Positions 45,601 through 54,180 of a DNA stretch of 64,000 nucleotides are shown piece by piece. Origin of the DNA: Dehalococcoidia bacterium (lineage in GTDB: Bacteria > Chloroflexota > Dehalococcoidia > Bin125). Positions within the stretch are counted from its first letter, which is position 1. Each line of letters opens with the position of its first letter. The DNA lies in the NCBI GenBank assembly GCA_965221065.1, contig OZ244861.1:1697566-1761565 (forward strand), given 5' to 3'. The notes beneath the pieces were generated by a model, which saw only the letters and a list, made by a program, of their open reading frames with translations, was not told the origin of the DNA and made no database searches. The position numbers were made by a program, and so were the translations under genes.

Positions 45601-45939
45601 CCGCAGGATCCGCGCGGCGAATGCGTGCAGGGTCTCGATCGCCGCGTTGTCCAACTGCTCTGCAGCTTGGGCGAAGCGCTGCTGTATCTCCGGGTCTACC
45701 TCCTCCAGCCTGCGCTCGTCGATCCGCTCGAGTACGCGGTCGTAGAGTTCGGCAGCCGCTTTCTCTGTGAATGTGATCGCGGCGATCTGGTTTGCTCGTA
45801 CGTCGCCGCTGGCAATCAGATTGACGATCCGTCGCACCAGTGCTTCAGTCTTACCGGTGCCGGCGCCGGCCTCGACGAACAGCGTCTCGTTCAGGCTGTA
45901 CTCGACCCGATCGCGGGCAGCGTGATCGGCGATCGTCAT
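42655..45939 (-). CDS. UvrD/AddA-type ATP-dependent helicase with C-terminal PD-(D/E)xK nuclease
   Basis: Walker A EAGAGTGKTE and DExx VDEFQD. The C-terminal nuclease motif is GFVDLLYE...VVVDYKTD. The preferred start ATG 45939 overlaps the upstream stop as ATGA; the track start 46020 would overlap by 85 nt. Confidence 0.85.
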   Translation of the reverse strand: MTIADHAARDRVEYSLNETLFVEAGAGTGKTEALVRRIVNLIASGDVRANQIAAITFTEKAAAELYDRVLERIDERRLEEVDPEIQQRFAQAAEQLDNAAIETLHAFAARILRMYPIEAGLPPGFTILDETESSLAFADRWQEALDALLEDEALAEELLEAFDAGVELDDLRQVARRLHEDWDRAHASAARLQAEDVDVAPFIASLGHAITARQHCSDQEDKLYLRLTRLIPFHERLQDSADAPGTLAMLLVHTTETSLRVQRVGSRKNWPGDVLPEIRDAMGSLDLQRDELRTAIALRFSAPIFDELRKFVGEYAEERRRKGALEFHDLLIRARMLLADNAEVSEAIGSRFCRILVDEFQDNDPLQTQIVDAITKRVPGRPFFVGDPKQSIYRFRRADIRQFNEVKRREEAGLTRLTQNFRSVPGVTEFVNAVFAPLMQAGGSDQADWEDLNAFRPAPDGASPAVTVVGSDMPGPIAGVRRTEGDALARMIGHVNHAQWQVYDKATSTTRDARFADIAVLVPTRTGLTHVLPALERYGIPYRLESRSLVYDSREVRDLLSILQAIDDPTDQIALLAALKSPAFACADDDLYRWRTAHGHWDYRQEHPREVVADDPVADSMRWLRETAERRWQMSVSELVGLIIRERRLMELAVVERQPREHWQRYRFMIDQARAFSDRGGSTLSEFLQWAQHQAEEDTQVIESVVPEEDHDAVRIMTIHAAKGLEFPVVVFAGLNSAPRSDAVPLLWHDDGRAEVRWRSGLETPGFAMLRDRERDLERQEYVRRNYVAATRARDYLILSLYRADSGKSDAHQIDEVLSTAPVRYRRLLHDGIPDYEAPPRSSSTAAQPNSIDDRKRWIEDREQAVRRWASLPHESATGVAKPTVDAGLAPAPNPNLEPDDDLPAWRRGRAGTAIGRATHAVLQVIDLDNPADDEIANAARAQAAAESLPRQAAGEVERLVNRALVSQTVREAVHAQRLWREIYAAVEIDGVLLDGFVDLLYELPNGNLVVVDYKTDALREAEAVDQALARYRLQAASYALILEQSLQRPIERCVLLFLHPGEEREVADLEAAMQEVRDRLTRAPEQIQTTQSH

Positions 45940-48900
45940 GATTCGGACGTCTCGGGCCGCTCGCCGTCGCTCAGTTCGACGTAGTCGGCGAGCTGCGGAT
46001 CGAGCCGAATTCGTTCCCAATTCCTGCGTCGTTCGGCGGGGCAGACTTCGTCGAAACTGCAGTAGGCGCAGTGCCTGCCTCTCGCGCGGCGATACTCGCC
46101 GCCGGGATTGGCGGGAAATCTGCCCTGCTTGACGTTGTCGATGATCAGGTTGACGACCGACTCAAAGCGGGCGCTGTTGTCCTCGCCCCAGGAGACTTCG
46201 TTGAAGGCAAAGCCGCCGCTCTCCGTGATGTACCAGTAGGCGGAGCGGACGACCTCGCTGGGGCCTGCTTCCAGGAGCTGTCGGGCGGCGACGGCGTAAA
46301 TCGGCAGCTGGAGGTACTGTCCGCCGACGACCGGATCGTCCTCCAGTTCGCGGCGTTTGGGGAACTCCGCGCCGGTCTTGTAGTCGATCACCATGACCAG
46401 ATCGCCGTTCGCGGACTGATCGACCCGGTCGATCCTGCCGCGCAGCGCGAGCATGTCGCCGTCGCCGAGCGGGAGTTCGACGAGACCCACGCTGCCGTCC
46501 AGCCTGCCGAACGTCAGCTCTCCCGCGACCTGCTGCACCTGAAACCGGGCGCGATGGACATCGTCCGCATCGACCAGTGCGCGCAAGTCATCGAGGATGC
46601 GCCGCCGATCGCGCGTCCAGAGCAGGTCTCGACCGGTGAGACCTTGCGCCTCGGTGCGCTGCATCCGCTCCTCGGCGATGGCGAAGAGACGGTCGCGGTC
46701 GGCGGCGGACCAACCCGCTCCCGGTCCCGGTTGCGCCGGAGTCGCCTTGAAGAAGCGCTCGAGGATGTCGTGAATCAGAGAACCCTTGTCGATCGGGGTG
46801 ATTTGCAGGTCGTCGCGCGGCTCGTCGCGCTCCTCGACGCGGAGCACACGCCCGAGGAAGTACCGATAGGGACAGGTGGCCCAATCCTGCAGCGCTCCCG
46901 CAGAGTGCGGCTGGCTTGCAGTCTGCTGCGCTCCCTCCGCGATCAACCCGTCCCAGCGGGTCAACGACTGCGCCGCCCTCGAGGATCGCTGTTCGTACCC
47001 TCGACCCAGGGACGGGATCGCTTCTGCGAGATAGTGTCTAGCCGGCCTGGCGCTGCGCCTCAGGCCCGCGAGGTCGTACTCGTTCAAGTCGGCGTACTGG
47101 GCCTCGCTGGTCACCGCGTGCTCAAATGAGGGCGTCACCTCGATGGCGCCTCCGCCGACCTCATTGATCTTCGAGGCATAGACGCGCTCGCCATGCAGCG
47201 CGGTCGCCGATTCCAACAGCCAGCGGCTGGGCAAGCGAGCCTGCTGCGCCCGAACGTCGGCGCGCGCATAACTGAGGATCCGCCGGTCGGCGGCATGCAG
47301 CGCAGCGAGAAAGTCCGCACGTTCACGCCGCAAGTGATCGCGGCTGACCGCAAGGGACGCGCGAGCCCGGAGTTGGTCAGAGAGCTGCGGGTCCTCGGAC
47401 CGCGCGGACGGCAACGACCGCTCGGCCGCGCCGACGATGTAGACGACATCCCATTCCAGGCCCAGCGCGGAGTTCAGCGCGCCGACGTAGACGCCGTCGC
47501 CGAGCCTGCCGTGCTGCCCGATCTGCCGCGTGAGACCTCTCGCGGCCGCCGAGGCGAAGCGGGCAGGCGTCGTTGGGCCAAGATCGTCCAAGGCGCTCAG
47601 CGACTCCAGCAGGGCTTCGACATTGTCCCAACGGGCGAGCTCGAGGTCGTCCTCTCCGGCGTGCACGGCCTGGGCGAAGGCGTTGCGGTCACCAGTGAGT
47701 GTGCGTAGTTGTCGGCGGGTCCGCTCGACATACTCCGACCATGCGGCGTCAGCCGGCAGATCGTCGAGGAAGTGGGCTAGTTGCGTTGCGAACCGGACCA
47801 GCCGGTCAATCTGGGCGATTTCGCTTCTGATCCACGACAGACGTCCCGGCCGTTCGTCGTCCGGGTCGCGCTGCAGACGCTCGAGGTCTTCCCTCCGATT
47901 GGCGCGATAGCGTTGCAGCCTGACGAGCCAGTCCTGAGGGCCGCGGTGGAGATTGGCGCTTCTCGCGAGTTGATTCCAGCGCGCTGTCGGCGCGGGACCT
48001 CCATCGCCGTCGCGGATCGGCCCCGCCCCGAGCCAAGGCGCGACATCGTTGGCCCAGGATGGCGTCGATTCCTGTAGCAGCCGGATGACTCCGGCGAGCA
48101 CGCTGCCGGCGATGCTCTGACCCAGGGTTCGCGCGTTGCGGCCGTTCCATGGAACGCCGGCGGCGTTGAGCTGTTCAGCGCAGATCCGGGCATAGGGATC
48201 CGGCTCGCGGTAGAGAATCGCTGTGCGATACAGCGGGGTCGGATCGTCCGAGTGCAGCGAAGCGGCGATATCGCGAATCGCCGAACGTACTTCCTCCTCA
48301 GGATCGGGGGCCTGCAGGATCCGTTGCGCATGCGGCACCGCCGGACGCGGGGTCTCGCCCGATAGTCGCCAGCGTTCGATGACGCGATTGTCGACGGATT
48401 CCGCGTCGCCGCTGAGGCCAAGGACCACGCGCACGTCGGTGTGCCCCTCAAGCGCGTCCAGGAACCTCTTCTCGGACGAGGTCATGTCCCCTGGCAGGTA
48501 GACGATGACCGAGCCGATGTCATTGAGCGCGCTGGGCTGTCCGCTGAGCGCGCCAGTTGCCGACTCGCTGAGGTCTCGGTTTGAGTAGAAGTTCGCGGTC
48601 AGTTCACGGAACGCTCGATAGCGATCAACGAGGTAGCGAGGAACGCTCCCACCTCGGCTGATCAGTGCAAGCGCGTCGTCGTCGCACTGATCGAACTCGG
48701 CGAAGCGTTGCTCGAGCGTGCGCAGCATCGCGTCCTCGATCGGCAGATCGGCGAACGCCGAGCGGTCCGCTTCGGCCACGGCGCGGATCGCTTCATGCCG
48801 GTATGCATGGCCGAGCGGGCGCTGACCCTGGTTGGCGAGCGGGCCCGATCCGATCAGTTCCAGCAGCGCTCGCAGGGGCTTGACCTGGACGTTGACGAGA

Positions 48901-49082
48901 CCGCCGGGCAAGCGTCCGAATGCGCGCCTGATGTGGTAGCCGGACAGGGCAGAAGGCACGACGATCGTGACGGGTGCCAGTGGATCGTAGGTTCCGTCGA
49001 TGGTTTTGCACTGCAGGATCGCTACTCGCAGCGCGTCCTGCGCTTCGCGACCGTACGAGTGAGCCGTCGCGTGGATTGCCAT
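45936..49082 (-). CDS. AddB-type helicase-nuclease partner subunit (PD-(D/E)xK nuclease with Fe-S cluster cysteines)
   Basis: 1048 aa. No obvious Walker A at the N-terminus. C-terminal motifs: CPYRYFL...GRIDRVD...VIDYKTG...CAYCSFDEVC, the four-Cys staple around a RecB-type nuclease as in AddB. Confidence 0.75.
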   Translation of the reverse strand: MAIHATAHSYGREAQDALRVAILQCKTIDGTYDPLAPVTIVVPSALSGYHIRRAFGRLPGGLVNVQVKPLRALLELIGSGPLANQGQRPLGHAYRHEAIRAVAEADRSAFADLPIEDAMLRTLEQRFAEFDQCDDDALALISRGGSVPRYLVDRYRAFRELTANFYSNRDLSESATGALSGQPSALNDIGSVIVYLPGDMTSSEKRFLDALEGHTDVRVVLGLSGDAESVDNRVIERWRLSGETPRPAVPHAQRILQAPDPEEEVRSAIRDIAASLHSDDPTPLYRTAILYREPDPYARICAEQLNAAGVPWNGRNARTLGQSIAGSVLAGVIRLLQESTPSWANDVAPWLGAGPIRDGDGGPAPTARWNQLARSANLHRGPQDWLVRLQRYRANRREDLERLQRDPDDERPGRLSWIRSEIAQIDRLVRFATQLAHFLDDLPADAAWSEYVERTRRQLRTLTGDRNAFAQAVHAGEDDLELARWDNVEALLESLSALDDLGPTTPARFASAAARGLTRQIGQHGRLGDGVYVGALNSALGLEWDVVYIVGAAERSLPSARSEDPQLSDQLRARASLAVSRDHLRRERADFLAALHAADRRILSYARADVRAQQARLPSRWLLESATALHGERVYASKINEVGGGAIEVTPSFEHAVTSEAQYADLNEYDLAGLRRSARPARHYLAEAIPSLGRGYEQRSSRAAQSLTRWDGLIAEGAQQTASQPHSAGALQDWATCPYRYFLGRVLRVEERDEPRDDLQITPIDKGSLIHDILERFFKATPAQPGPGAGWSAADRDRLFAIAEERMQRTEAQGLTGRDLLWTRDRRRILDDLRALVDADDVHRARFQVQQVAGELTFGRLDGSVGLVELPLGDGDMLALRGRIDRVDQSANGDLVMVIDYKTGAEFPKRRELEDDPVVGGQYLQLPIYAVAARQLLEAGPSEVVRSAYWYITESGGFAFNEVSWGEDNSARFESVVNLIIDNVKQGRFPANPGGEYRRARGRHCAYCSFDEVCPAERRRNWERIRLDPQLADYVELSDGERPETSES

Positions 49083-49099
49083 GTCGCGGATTCCTGCGC

Positions 49100-49360
49100 T
49101 CAGCAGCGCGGTAGCTGCTTGAGCAGATCGTCTCCTGCGTCCTGATGTGAACGGACGATTTTGCCCTGGGCCGTCAGTTCAATCACCACGTCAACACGTT
49201 GTCCGAACGGACCGGTGACGAAGTACGTGTGACGCCGACCCTCGATGTCGTCGATTAGATCGTGGATCCAGACGTTCCAGCGGAACGGCTCGTCGCCGCA
49301 GAACGAGAGCGAGTTGCCGGCGCGGTCGCGACCGACGGCCTTGATTTCCCATGCAGCCAC
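49100..49360 (-). CDS. DUF3892-like small protein
   Basis: 86 aa. The pattern EIKAVGRD...W...I..IE......YFV......V.V.......G...VRSHQDAGDDLLKQLPRC matches my memory of DUF3892 (...D....NNL..LP.C). Not verified by any search. Confidence 0.5.
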   Translation of the reverse strand: MAAWEIKAVGRDRAGNSLSFCGDEPFRWNVWIHDLIDDIEGRRHTYFVTGPFGQRVDVVIELTAQGKIVRSHQDAGDDLLKQLPRC

Positions 49361-49376
49361 GATTCGGCGGCCCGGC

Positions 49377-50525
49377 CTAGGCGTCTTCCCACTGAACGAA
49401 CATCGGCATCAGGACATGGACGTAGTTGTCGCGTCCTACGACGCGGAACACGCCGGGATTGCTGGGGCCGCTGGTCTCCATCGCGATCTCGGCGGAGGTT
49501 GCGCCGCTGGCGATCTGCAACACGTCCTGGAGGTAACGCACGTTGTAGGCGATCCGTGAGTCGTCGCCCTCGATCGCGGCGTCGACCCGGCCACGGTGAT
49601 TGCCCAACTCTTCCGCTCGGGCCGTCAGGGTGATGTTCTGATCGGATGTCTCGCCGTTGAAGATCAGGCGGATGATGCCGCTCGACTCGCGCGCGAAGAC
49701 CGCCGCCGAACGCACGCCTCCCTGGAGGACCGCACCGGGCAGGATCGCCCGAGTCTGGTACTCGGCGGGGATGAGCTGGTCGTAACTGGGGTAGTTGCCC
49801 TGGATCAGCTGGGCCGTCATTTGCACCGAACGAACGTGGAAGCGGACGTAGGTACGGTCGGCGTGGATGTACATCTCGACGGCGGAGTCGTCGTCGGTCA
49901 ATAGCCGCTCGAGTTCGTTCAGCGCCCGCGCCGGCACGGTGATCTCCAGGCGTTCGGTCAGCTCCGAGGCGACGTTCATGTCGTACACCGCCAAGCGGAA
50001 ACCGTCGGCGGCGGCGAGTGTCATCTTGTCGCCCTCGAAACGGAAATGCACGCCGGTCAGCACGGGGCGACCGTCGTCGGTTGCCGCGGCGAACACGACG
50101 TGGCGGAGCGCCTCGCGCAGGTCGCGGGCAACGATCTTGATCCAGTCGCCCTCGCCGATGCCGGGGATGTTCGGATACGTCGTCGGCGACATGCCGTGGA
50201 TTGAGGACTCGTTCGCATCGGATGCGCGAATCTGAGCGACCATGGAGTTTTCGGCGACATCGATCGTGATCTCGGCCGAGGAGAGCGCTGAGACCAGGTC
50301 ATTGATGAACCGGTGCGGAATCGTGATCCCACCAGGTTCGGAGACGACCGCATCTATCGAGCAGATCATCGCGATCTCGGTGTCGGTCGCGGTCAGGCGG
50401 ACGCCATCATCGTCGGCCTGGACGTGTACGTGGCGCAGTTGATCGAGCGAGTGCCGGGCCGCCACCGCCCGGGCAACGACGCTGAGCCCGTGCTGCAGCG
50501 CCGCCTGGGATGTCTGGATACGCAT
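49377..50525 (-). CDS. dnaN: DNA polymerase III beta sliding clamp
   Basis: ATG 50525 gives MRIQTSQAALQHGLSVVARAV...LTATDTEIAM... About 382 aa with a three-domain clamp layout. GGGGG lies 8 nt upstream. Confidence 0.9.
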   Translation of the reverse strand: MRIQTSQAALQHGLSVVARAVAARHSLDQLRHVHVQADDDGVRLTATDTEIAMICSIDAVVSEPGGITIPHRFINDLVSALSSAEITIDVAENSMVAQIRASDANESSIHGMSPTTYPNIPGIGEGDWIKIVARDLREALRHVVFAAATDDGRPVLTGVHFRFEGDKMTLAAADGFRLAVYDMNVASELTERLEITVPARALNELERLLTDDDSAVEMYIHADRTYVRFHVRSVQMTAQLIQGNYPSYDQLIPAEYQTRAILPGAVLQGGVRSAAVFARESSGIIRLIFNGETSDQNITLTARAEELGNHRGRVDAAIEGDDSRIAYNVRYLQDVLQIASGATSAEIAMETSGPSNPGVFRVVGRDNYVHVLMPMFVQWEDA

Positions 50526-50650
50526 CACGCCGCCCCCGATTCGAGTCCTTAGCTGCACTCCAAGTATTGATCACTTGGGTTATCGATATGTAGACAGTTT
50601 ATCTGATGAGAGGGCCACGACGGCGACCTGTTGATGGCCGGTTGACACAG

Positions 50651-50659
50651 TGTGGACAA
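50651..50659 (-). promoter_or_regulatory. DnaA-box-like 9-mer upstream of dnaN
   Basis: The plus strand tgtggacaa is TTGTCCACA on the dnaN strand, about 125 nt upstream of the dnaN start. Weaker TTATC-containing 9-mers sit at about 50574-50582 and 50598-50606 in a locally AT-richer stretch. Confidence 0.35.
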
Positions 50660-50669
50660 GCTTCTTGGT

Positions 50670-51482
50670 TCAAGCGGGGGCACGTTCCGGGAGCGCCGCA
50701 AGGATGCCTGTGAGGTCCTGTCCGCTCCAAGTGGGTCGGGAACGCATCATCTTCTCGCGCTCGGGATCGGGATAGCGCGAGACCCAGTAGACCGGGAGGC
50801 CGGCGTTGTTGGCGCCGGTGACGTCGGCCCAGGGGCTGTCGCCCACATAGAGCACTTCGCAGGGGTCGAGAGCGAGCCGTTCGCAGAGCTGCTCGAAAAA
50901 CGGCCTGCGCGGCTTGTACGATTGCGCCTCCTCGGAGGAGAGCACCATTTCGACTTCGATGCCCGCCTTCTCAAGCGCATGTTCGAGATGGTCGTCATCC
51001 GCGTTGCTGCCGATCGCCACACGGTAGCCTCGCCGCCCGAGTTCGGCGAAGACGGTCTCCACCTCGGGATAGGCCGGAGCGACGGACAGTACATCCCAGA
51101 GATGCTGGAAGGCGGTCGCCGGCGGGATCGTTTCAACGGAATGATGTTTGAACGCTTCACCGAAGAAGTACGGCCAGGTCTCGGAGAACGGGCGAAAGGT
51201 CGGTTCGGGGCCTTCGAGCGGACGCTCGGGATTGCGACCCTCCCGCTTGGCCATCTCGCGCGACGCCTCCAGCCAGGCGTCCCAGACATCCTCGCCGCTC
51301 GCGTGCTCGACCCCATGGTCGTGCAGCATGTCCTGGATTAAGGAAGCGAACTCGCGCTCCTCGAGCTGCAACAGCGTGCCGTAACAGTCGAAGGCGACAG
51401 CGCGGACGGTCTCGACCGCCTGATCGGGACCTACGGTCGGAGCTTCCGGTTCGGTCGGCGTCTCCTGGCTCGATTCGCTCAT
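50670..51482 (-). CDS. HAD-superfamily hydrolase
   Basis: 270 aa. Motif I AVAFDCYGTLL and motif IV YVGDSPWADVTGANNAGL. Confidence 0.8.
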   Translation of the reverse strand: MSESSQETPTEPEAPTVGPDQAVETVRAVAFDCYGTLLQLEEREFASLIQDMLHDHGVEHASGEDVWDAWLEASREMAKREGRNPERPLEGPEPTFRPFSETWPYFFGEAFKHHSVETIPPATAFQHLWDVLSVAPAYPEVETVFAELGRRGYRVAIGSNADDDHLEHALEKAGIEVEMVLSSEEAQSYKPRRPFFEQLCERLALDPCEVLYVGDSPWADVTGANNAGLPVYWVSRYPDPEREKMMRSRPTWSGQDLTGILAALPERAPA

Positions 51483-51568
51483 GCGACGTTTCGTTTCCTT
51501 CGAGGTTTCGTTGAGTCCTGTGGCCGACCCGGCCCGCGTTGGCTCAGCCGCCCTTGGCGGGCTTTAGC

Positions 51569-51640
51569 TCAGGCGCCCTGACCGGCACTAACTTAGGCGC
51601 CCTGACGGGCATTAATCTAAGCGCCCTGACGGGCTAGCCA
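51569..51640 (-). repeat. 24-nt tandem triplication of the hemB 3' end, each copy ending in a different in-frame stop codon
   Basis: Minus-strand reading: ...GCC CGT CAG GGC GCT TAG | ATT AAT GCC CGT CAG GGC GCC TAA | GTT AGT GCC GGT CAG GGC GCC TGA. Each unit carries a short GCCC-N4-GGGC inverted repeat. Confidence 0.85.
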
Positions 51641-52645
51641 CCGCGCCGCGTCCTTGGCGTGGTAGGTGAGGATCATATCGGCGCCGGCTCGACGGATGCC
51701 GGTAAGGGTCTCCAAGACAACGCGCTCCTCGTCGATCCAACCGTTGTTCGCGGCCGCCTTGAGCATCGCGTACTCGCCGCTGACGTTGTAGGCCGCCAGC
51801 GGGACATCGAAGCGCTGCCGCGCGTCTCGTACGAGATCGAGATAGGCCAGAGCCGGCTTGACCATGACCATGTCGGCGCCCTCGGCCAGATCGCGCTCGA
51901 TCGCGCGCATCGCCTCGCGGCCATTGGGCGGGTCCATCTGATAGCCGCGACGATCGCCAAACTGCGGGGCGGAATCGGCCGCGTCGCGGAACGGTCCGTA
52001 GAACGCAGAAGCGAACTTGGCCGAATAGGCAAGCAGCGTGCGCTCGTCGAAGCCGGCCCGGTCAAGCGCCTGCCGGATTGCGCCGACGCGACCGTCCATC
52101 ATGTCGGACGGGGCAATGACGTCGGCGCCTGCCTCAGCCTGCGAGACGGCGGTCTGCGCCAGCAGTTCGACGGAGGCATCATTGAGGACCGAACCGTGGT
52201 CGTCGAGCAGGCCGCAGTGCCCGTGGTCGGTGTACTCGCAGAGGCAGACGTCGGTGACGACGATCAACTCGGGCTGCGCCTCTTTGAGGGCGCGCGTCGC
52301 CTGCTGGACGATCCCATCGGATATCCATGCGCCGCTGCCTTCCGCATCCTTCGACGCGGGCAACCCGAAGAGCAGGAGCGCCGGGATGTCGAGCGAGCGC
52401 AGCTCGGCGGCTTCCTGTGCAAGCTGATCGACCGAGAGCCGCGACTGACCAGGCATCGACGGAATCGGATCGCGCACGCCCTCGCCGACGGTCACGAAGA
52501 TCGGGTAGATGAAATCGGACGGGCTCAGACGGGTTTCGCGCACCATGCGGCGCAGACCGTCGGAGCGGCGCAGGCGGCGCATTCGGTGAGCGGTGGCAAT
52601 GCTGCCGGCATCGATGTCCATGGCGGGATGCTGTGCGCTGGTCAT
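51617..52645 (-). CDS. hemB: Porphobilinogen synthase (delta-aminolevulinate dehydratase), Zn-type
   Basis: SDFIYPIFV and the Zn-binding cysteines [14 protein letters not shown]. The preferred ATG 52645 overlaps the upstream stop as ATGA; the track start 52798 adds 51 unlikely residues. Confidence 0.9.
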   Translation of the reverse strand: MTSAQHPAMDIDAGSIATAHRMRRLRRSDGLRRMVRETRLSPSDFIYPIFVTVGEGVRDPIPSMPGQSRLSVDQLAQEAAELRSLDIPALLLFGLPASKDAEGSGAWISDGIVQQATRALKEAQPELIVVTDVCLCEYTDHGHCGLLDDHGSVLNDASVELLAQTAVSQAEAGADVIAPSDMMDGRVGAIRQALDRAGFDERTLLAYSAKFASAFYGPFRDAADSAPQFGDRRGYQMDPPNGREAMRAIERDLAEGADMVMVKPALAYLDLVRDARQRFDVPLAAYNVSGEYAMLKAAANNGWIDEERVVLETLTGIRRAGADMILTYHAKDAARWLARQGA

Positions 52646-54180
52646 GCTGGTTCCAGTTCCGAGTCGAGCGGTGGTCCAAGGCTGGCGATGTAGCGCCCCA
52701 CAGCCTGAACCAACCCTTCGATCGTGTGCGTCTCGGCAGTCGAGACGACGCGGAAGCCAAGTTGCCGGGCCGCCTCGGCCGTCACCGGGCCGATGCACAC
52801 GGTATGCAATGAGTCTAAGTCGACGAGGTCGCCAGCCAACTCGACTAATCCTCGAGCCGTCGACGGCGATGTCAAGGTGACCACATCGACGCCTTGCCGA
52901 AACTCGGCCAGCGCAACGTCATCGACGGGCGGCGTCACAATGTCGTATAGCGCCGTCTCGTCCACGTCCGCGCCGGCGTTGCGGAGCCGATCGCTGAGCT
53001 GTCGTCCGGCCTGCGCCGCCCGGGCCAGCAGCACGCGCTTGCCCCGCAAGTCCTGCTGCGTCAATGCCTCGGCCAGCGCATCCGACGTGAATGCGGTCGG
53101 CACCAGATCGGCATCGATGCCCCGCTCCGCCAGTGCTCGCGCGGTCTCGCTGCCGATCGCGGCAACGCGAGTGGTCGCCAGCGCCCTCGAATCAAGCCCG
53201 CGGCTCCCCATCGCGCTCCACAGTCGGATGACGCCGTTGACGCTGGTCAATGCCACGATGTCGTAGTGCCCTTCGGCCAATCGACGAATCGCGTCGTCCA
53301 CCTGTTCGTTGTTGATCGGTCTGATCTCAATGGTTGGCAGTTGAACGACGTCAGCGTTGAGAGCGCGCAGACGTTGGACCAAGGAATCCGCCTGCGCCGC
53401 CGCCCTGGTCACGAGCACACGGCGCCCCATCGTGCTCCACGAGACCTCAGGGGTGGCCAGGGAGGTGACGGCCCCGATCACTACCGTCACCGGAGGCTCC
53501 ATATCCGACGCCCGAGCGCGAAGCTCACCGAGCGGCGCGAACACGACCCGCTGCGATGAGGTCCACGCCTGTTCGATTGCTGCGGACGGCGTCTTCGCGG
53601 GCAGCCCGGCTTCGACCAGACGGCGGGCGATCTCGTCGAAGTTTCGCCAGCCCATCATCACGACAATCGTCCCTCCGACCTGCGCGACCGCCTGCCAATC
53701 GACAGGCGGCGCCTCAGCGTCGCCTTCCGATCCCGTCACCACCGTCACCGCCGAAGCGGCGCGGCGGTCTGTGACGGCGATTCCGAATGCTGCCGCTGCC
53801 GCATGGGCACTGGAAATGCCTGGGACCACTTGAATCGGGATCCCTGCCGCTGCGAGGGCGGCGGACTCTTCACCGCCGCGACCGAAGACGAACGGGTCAC
53901 CGCCTTTCAGCCTCACCACGCGCTCTCCTCGGCGCGAGCGCTCGATCATCATCTCGATGATGTGCTCCTGTGCGGTCGCCGGACCGTCAGGTGTCTTGCC
54001 GACATCGATCACTTCGGCGCTCTTGGCGAGCTTGACCAACTCGGGAGCGACGAGGCGATCGTGGAGTAGGACGTCGGCCTCGCGAATGGCCTCCGCGCCG
54101 GCGAGCGTGATCAGCCGGGGATCGCCGGGACCAGCGCCGACCAGGTAGACGGTTCGCACGTCGGCCGGGATGTCGCTCAC
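52642..54180 (-). CDS. cobA/hemD: Fused uroporphyrinogen-III C-methyltransferase / uroporphyrinogen-III synthase
   Basis: 512 aa. The N-terminal SUMT signature is [16 protein letters not shown]...[13 protein letters not shown]. The C-terminal half ([18 protein letters not shown]...) is HemD-like. The GTG start overlaps the hemC stop as GTGA. Confidence 0.85.
   Translation of the reverse strand: MSDIPADVRTVYLVGAGPGDPRLITLAGAEAIREADVLLHDRLVAPELVKLAKSAEVIDVGKTPDGPATAQEHIIEMMIERSRRGERVVRLKGGDPFVFGRGGEESAALAAAGIPIQVVPGISSAHAAAAAFGIAVTDRRAASAVTVVTGSEGDAEAPPVDWQAVAQVGGTIVVMMGWRNFDEIARRLVEAGLPAKTPSAAIEQAWTSSQRVVFAPLGELRARASDMEPPVTVVIGAVTSLATPEVSWSTMGRRVLVTRAAAQADSLVQRLRALNADVVQLPTIEIRPINNEQVDDAIRRLAEGHYDIVALTSVNGVIRLWSAMGSRGLDSRALATTRVAAIGSETARALAERGIDADLVPTAFTSDALAEALTQQDLRGKRVLLARAAQAGRQLSDRLRNAGADVDETALYDIVTPPVDDVALAEFRQGVDVVTLTSPSTARGLVELAGDLVDLDSLHTVCIGPVTAEAARQLGFRVVSTAETHTIEGLVQAVGRYIASLGPPLDSELEPA

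Noticed and set aside
42655-49082. UvrD-like helicase plus nuclease pair as a phage-defence system (Gabija- or Hachiman-like)
   Set aside because: Domain order, the AddB-type four-Cys Fe-S nuclease, the ATGA coupling, and the core neighbours (dnaN, holA) fit the housekeeping AddAB/AdnAB double-strand-break resection enzyme.
50526-50669. Chromosomal replication origin next to dnaN
   Set aside because: There is only one good DnaA box and two weak ones, no dnaA gene, and no clear AT-rich unwinding repeats. This is more likely a DnaA-regulated dnaN promoter. It is kept as a low-confidence regulatory feature only.
52646-52798. Longer hemB start (and analogous long starts for the CoA-transferase at 29796, the propeller-like gene at 56918, the membrane protein at 37534 and addA at 46020)
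   Set aside because: The extensions overlap the upstream gene or are Arg/Cys/Ser-rich with no family similarity. Internal ATGs give canonical N-termini and, for hemB and addA, exact ATGA stop/start coupling.
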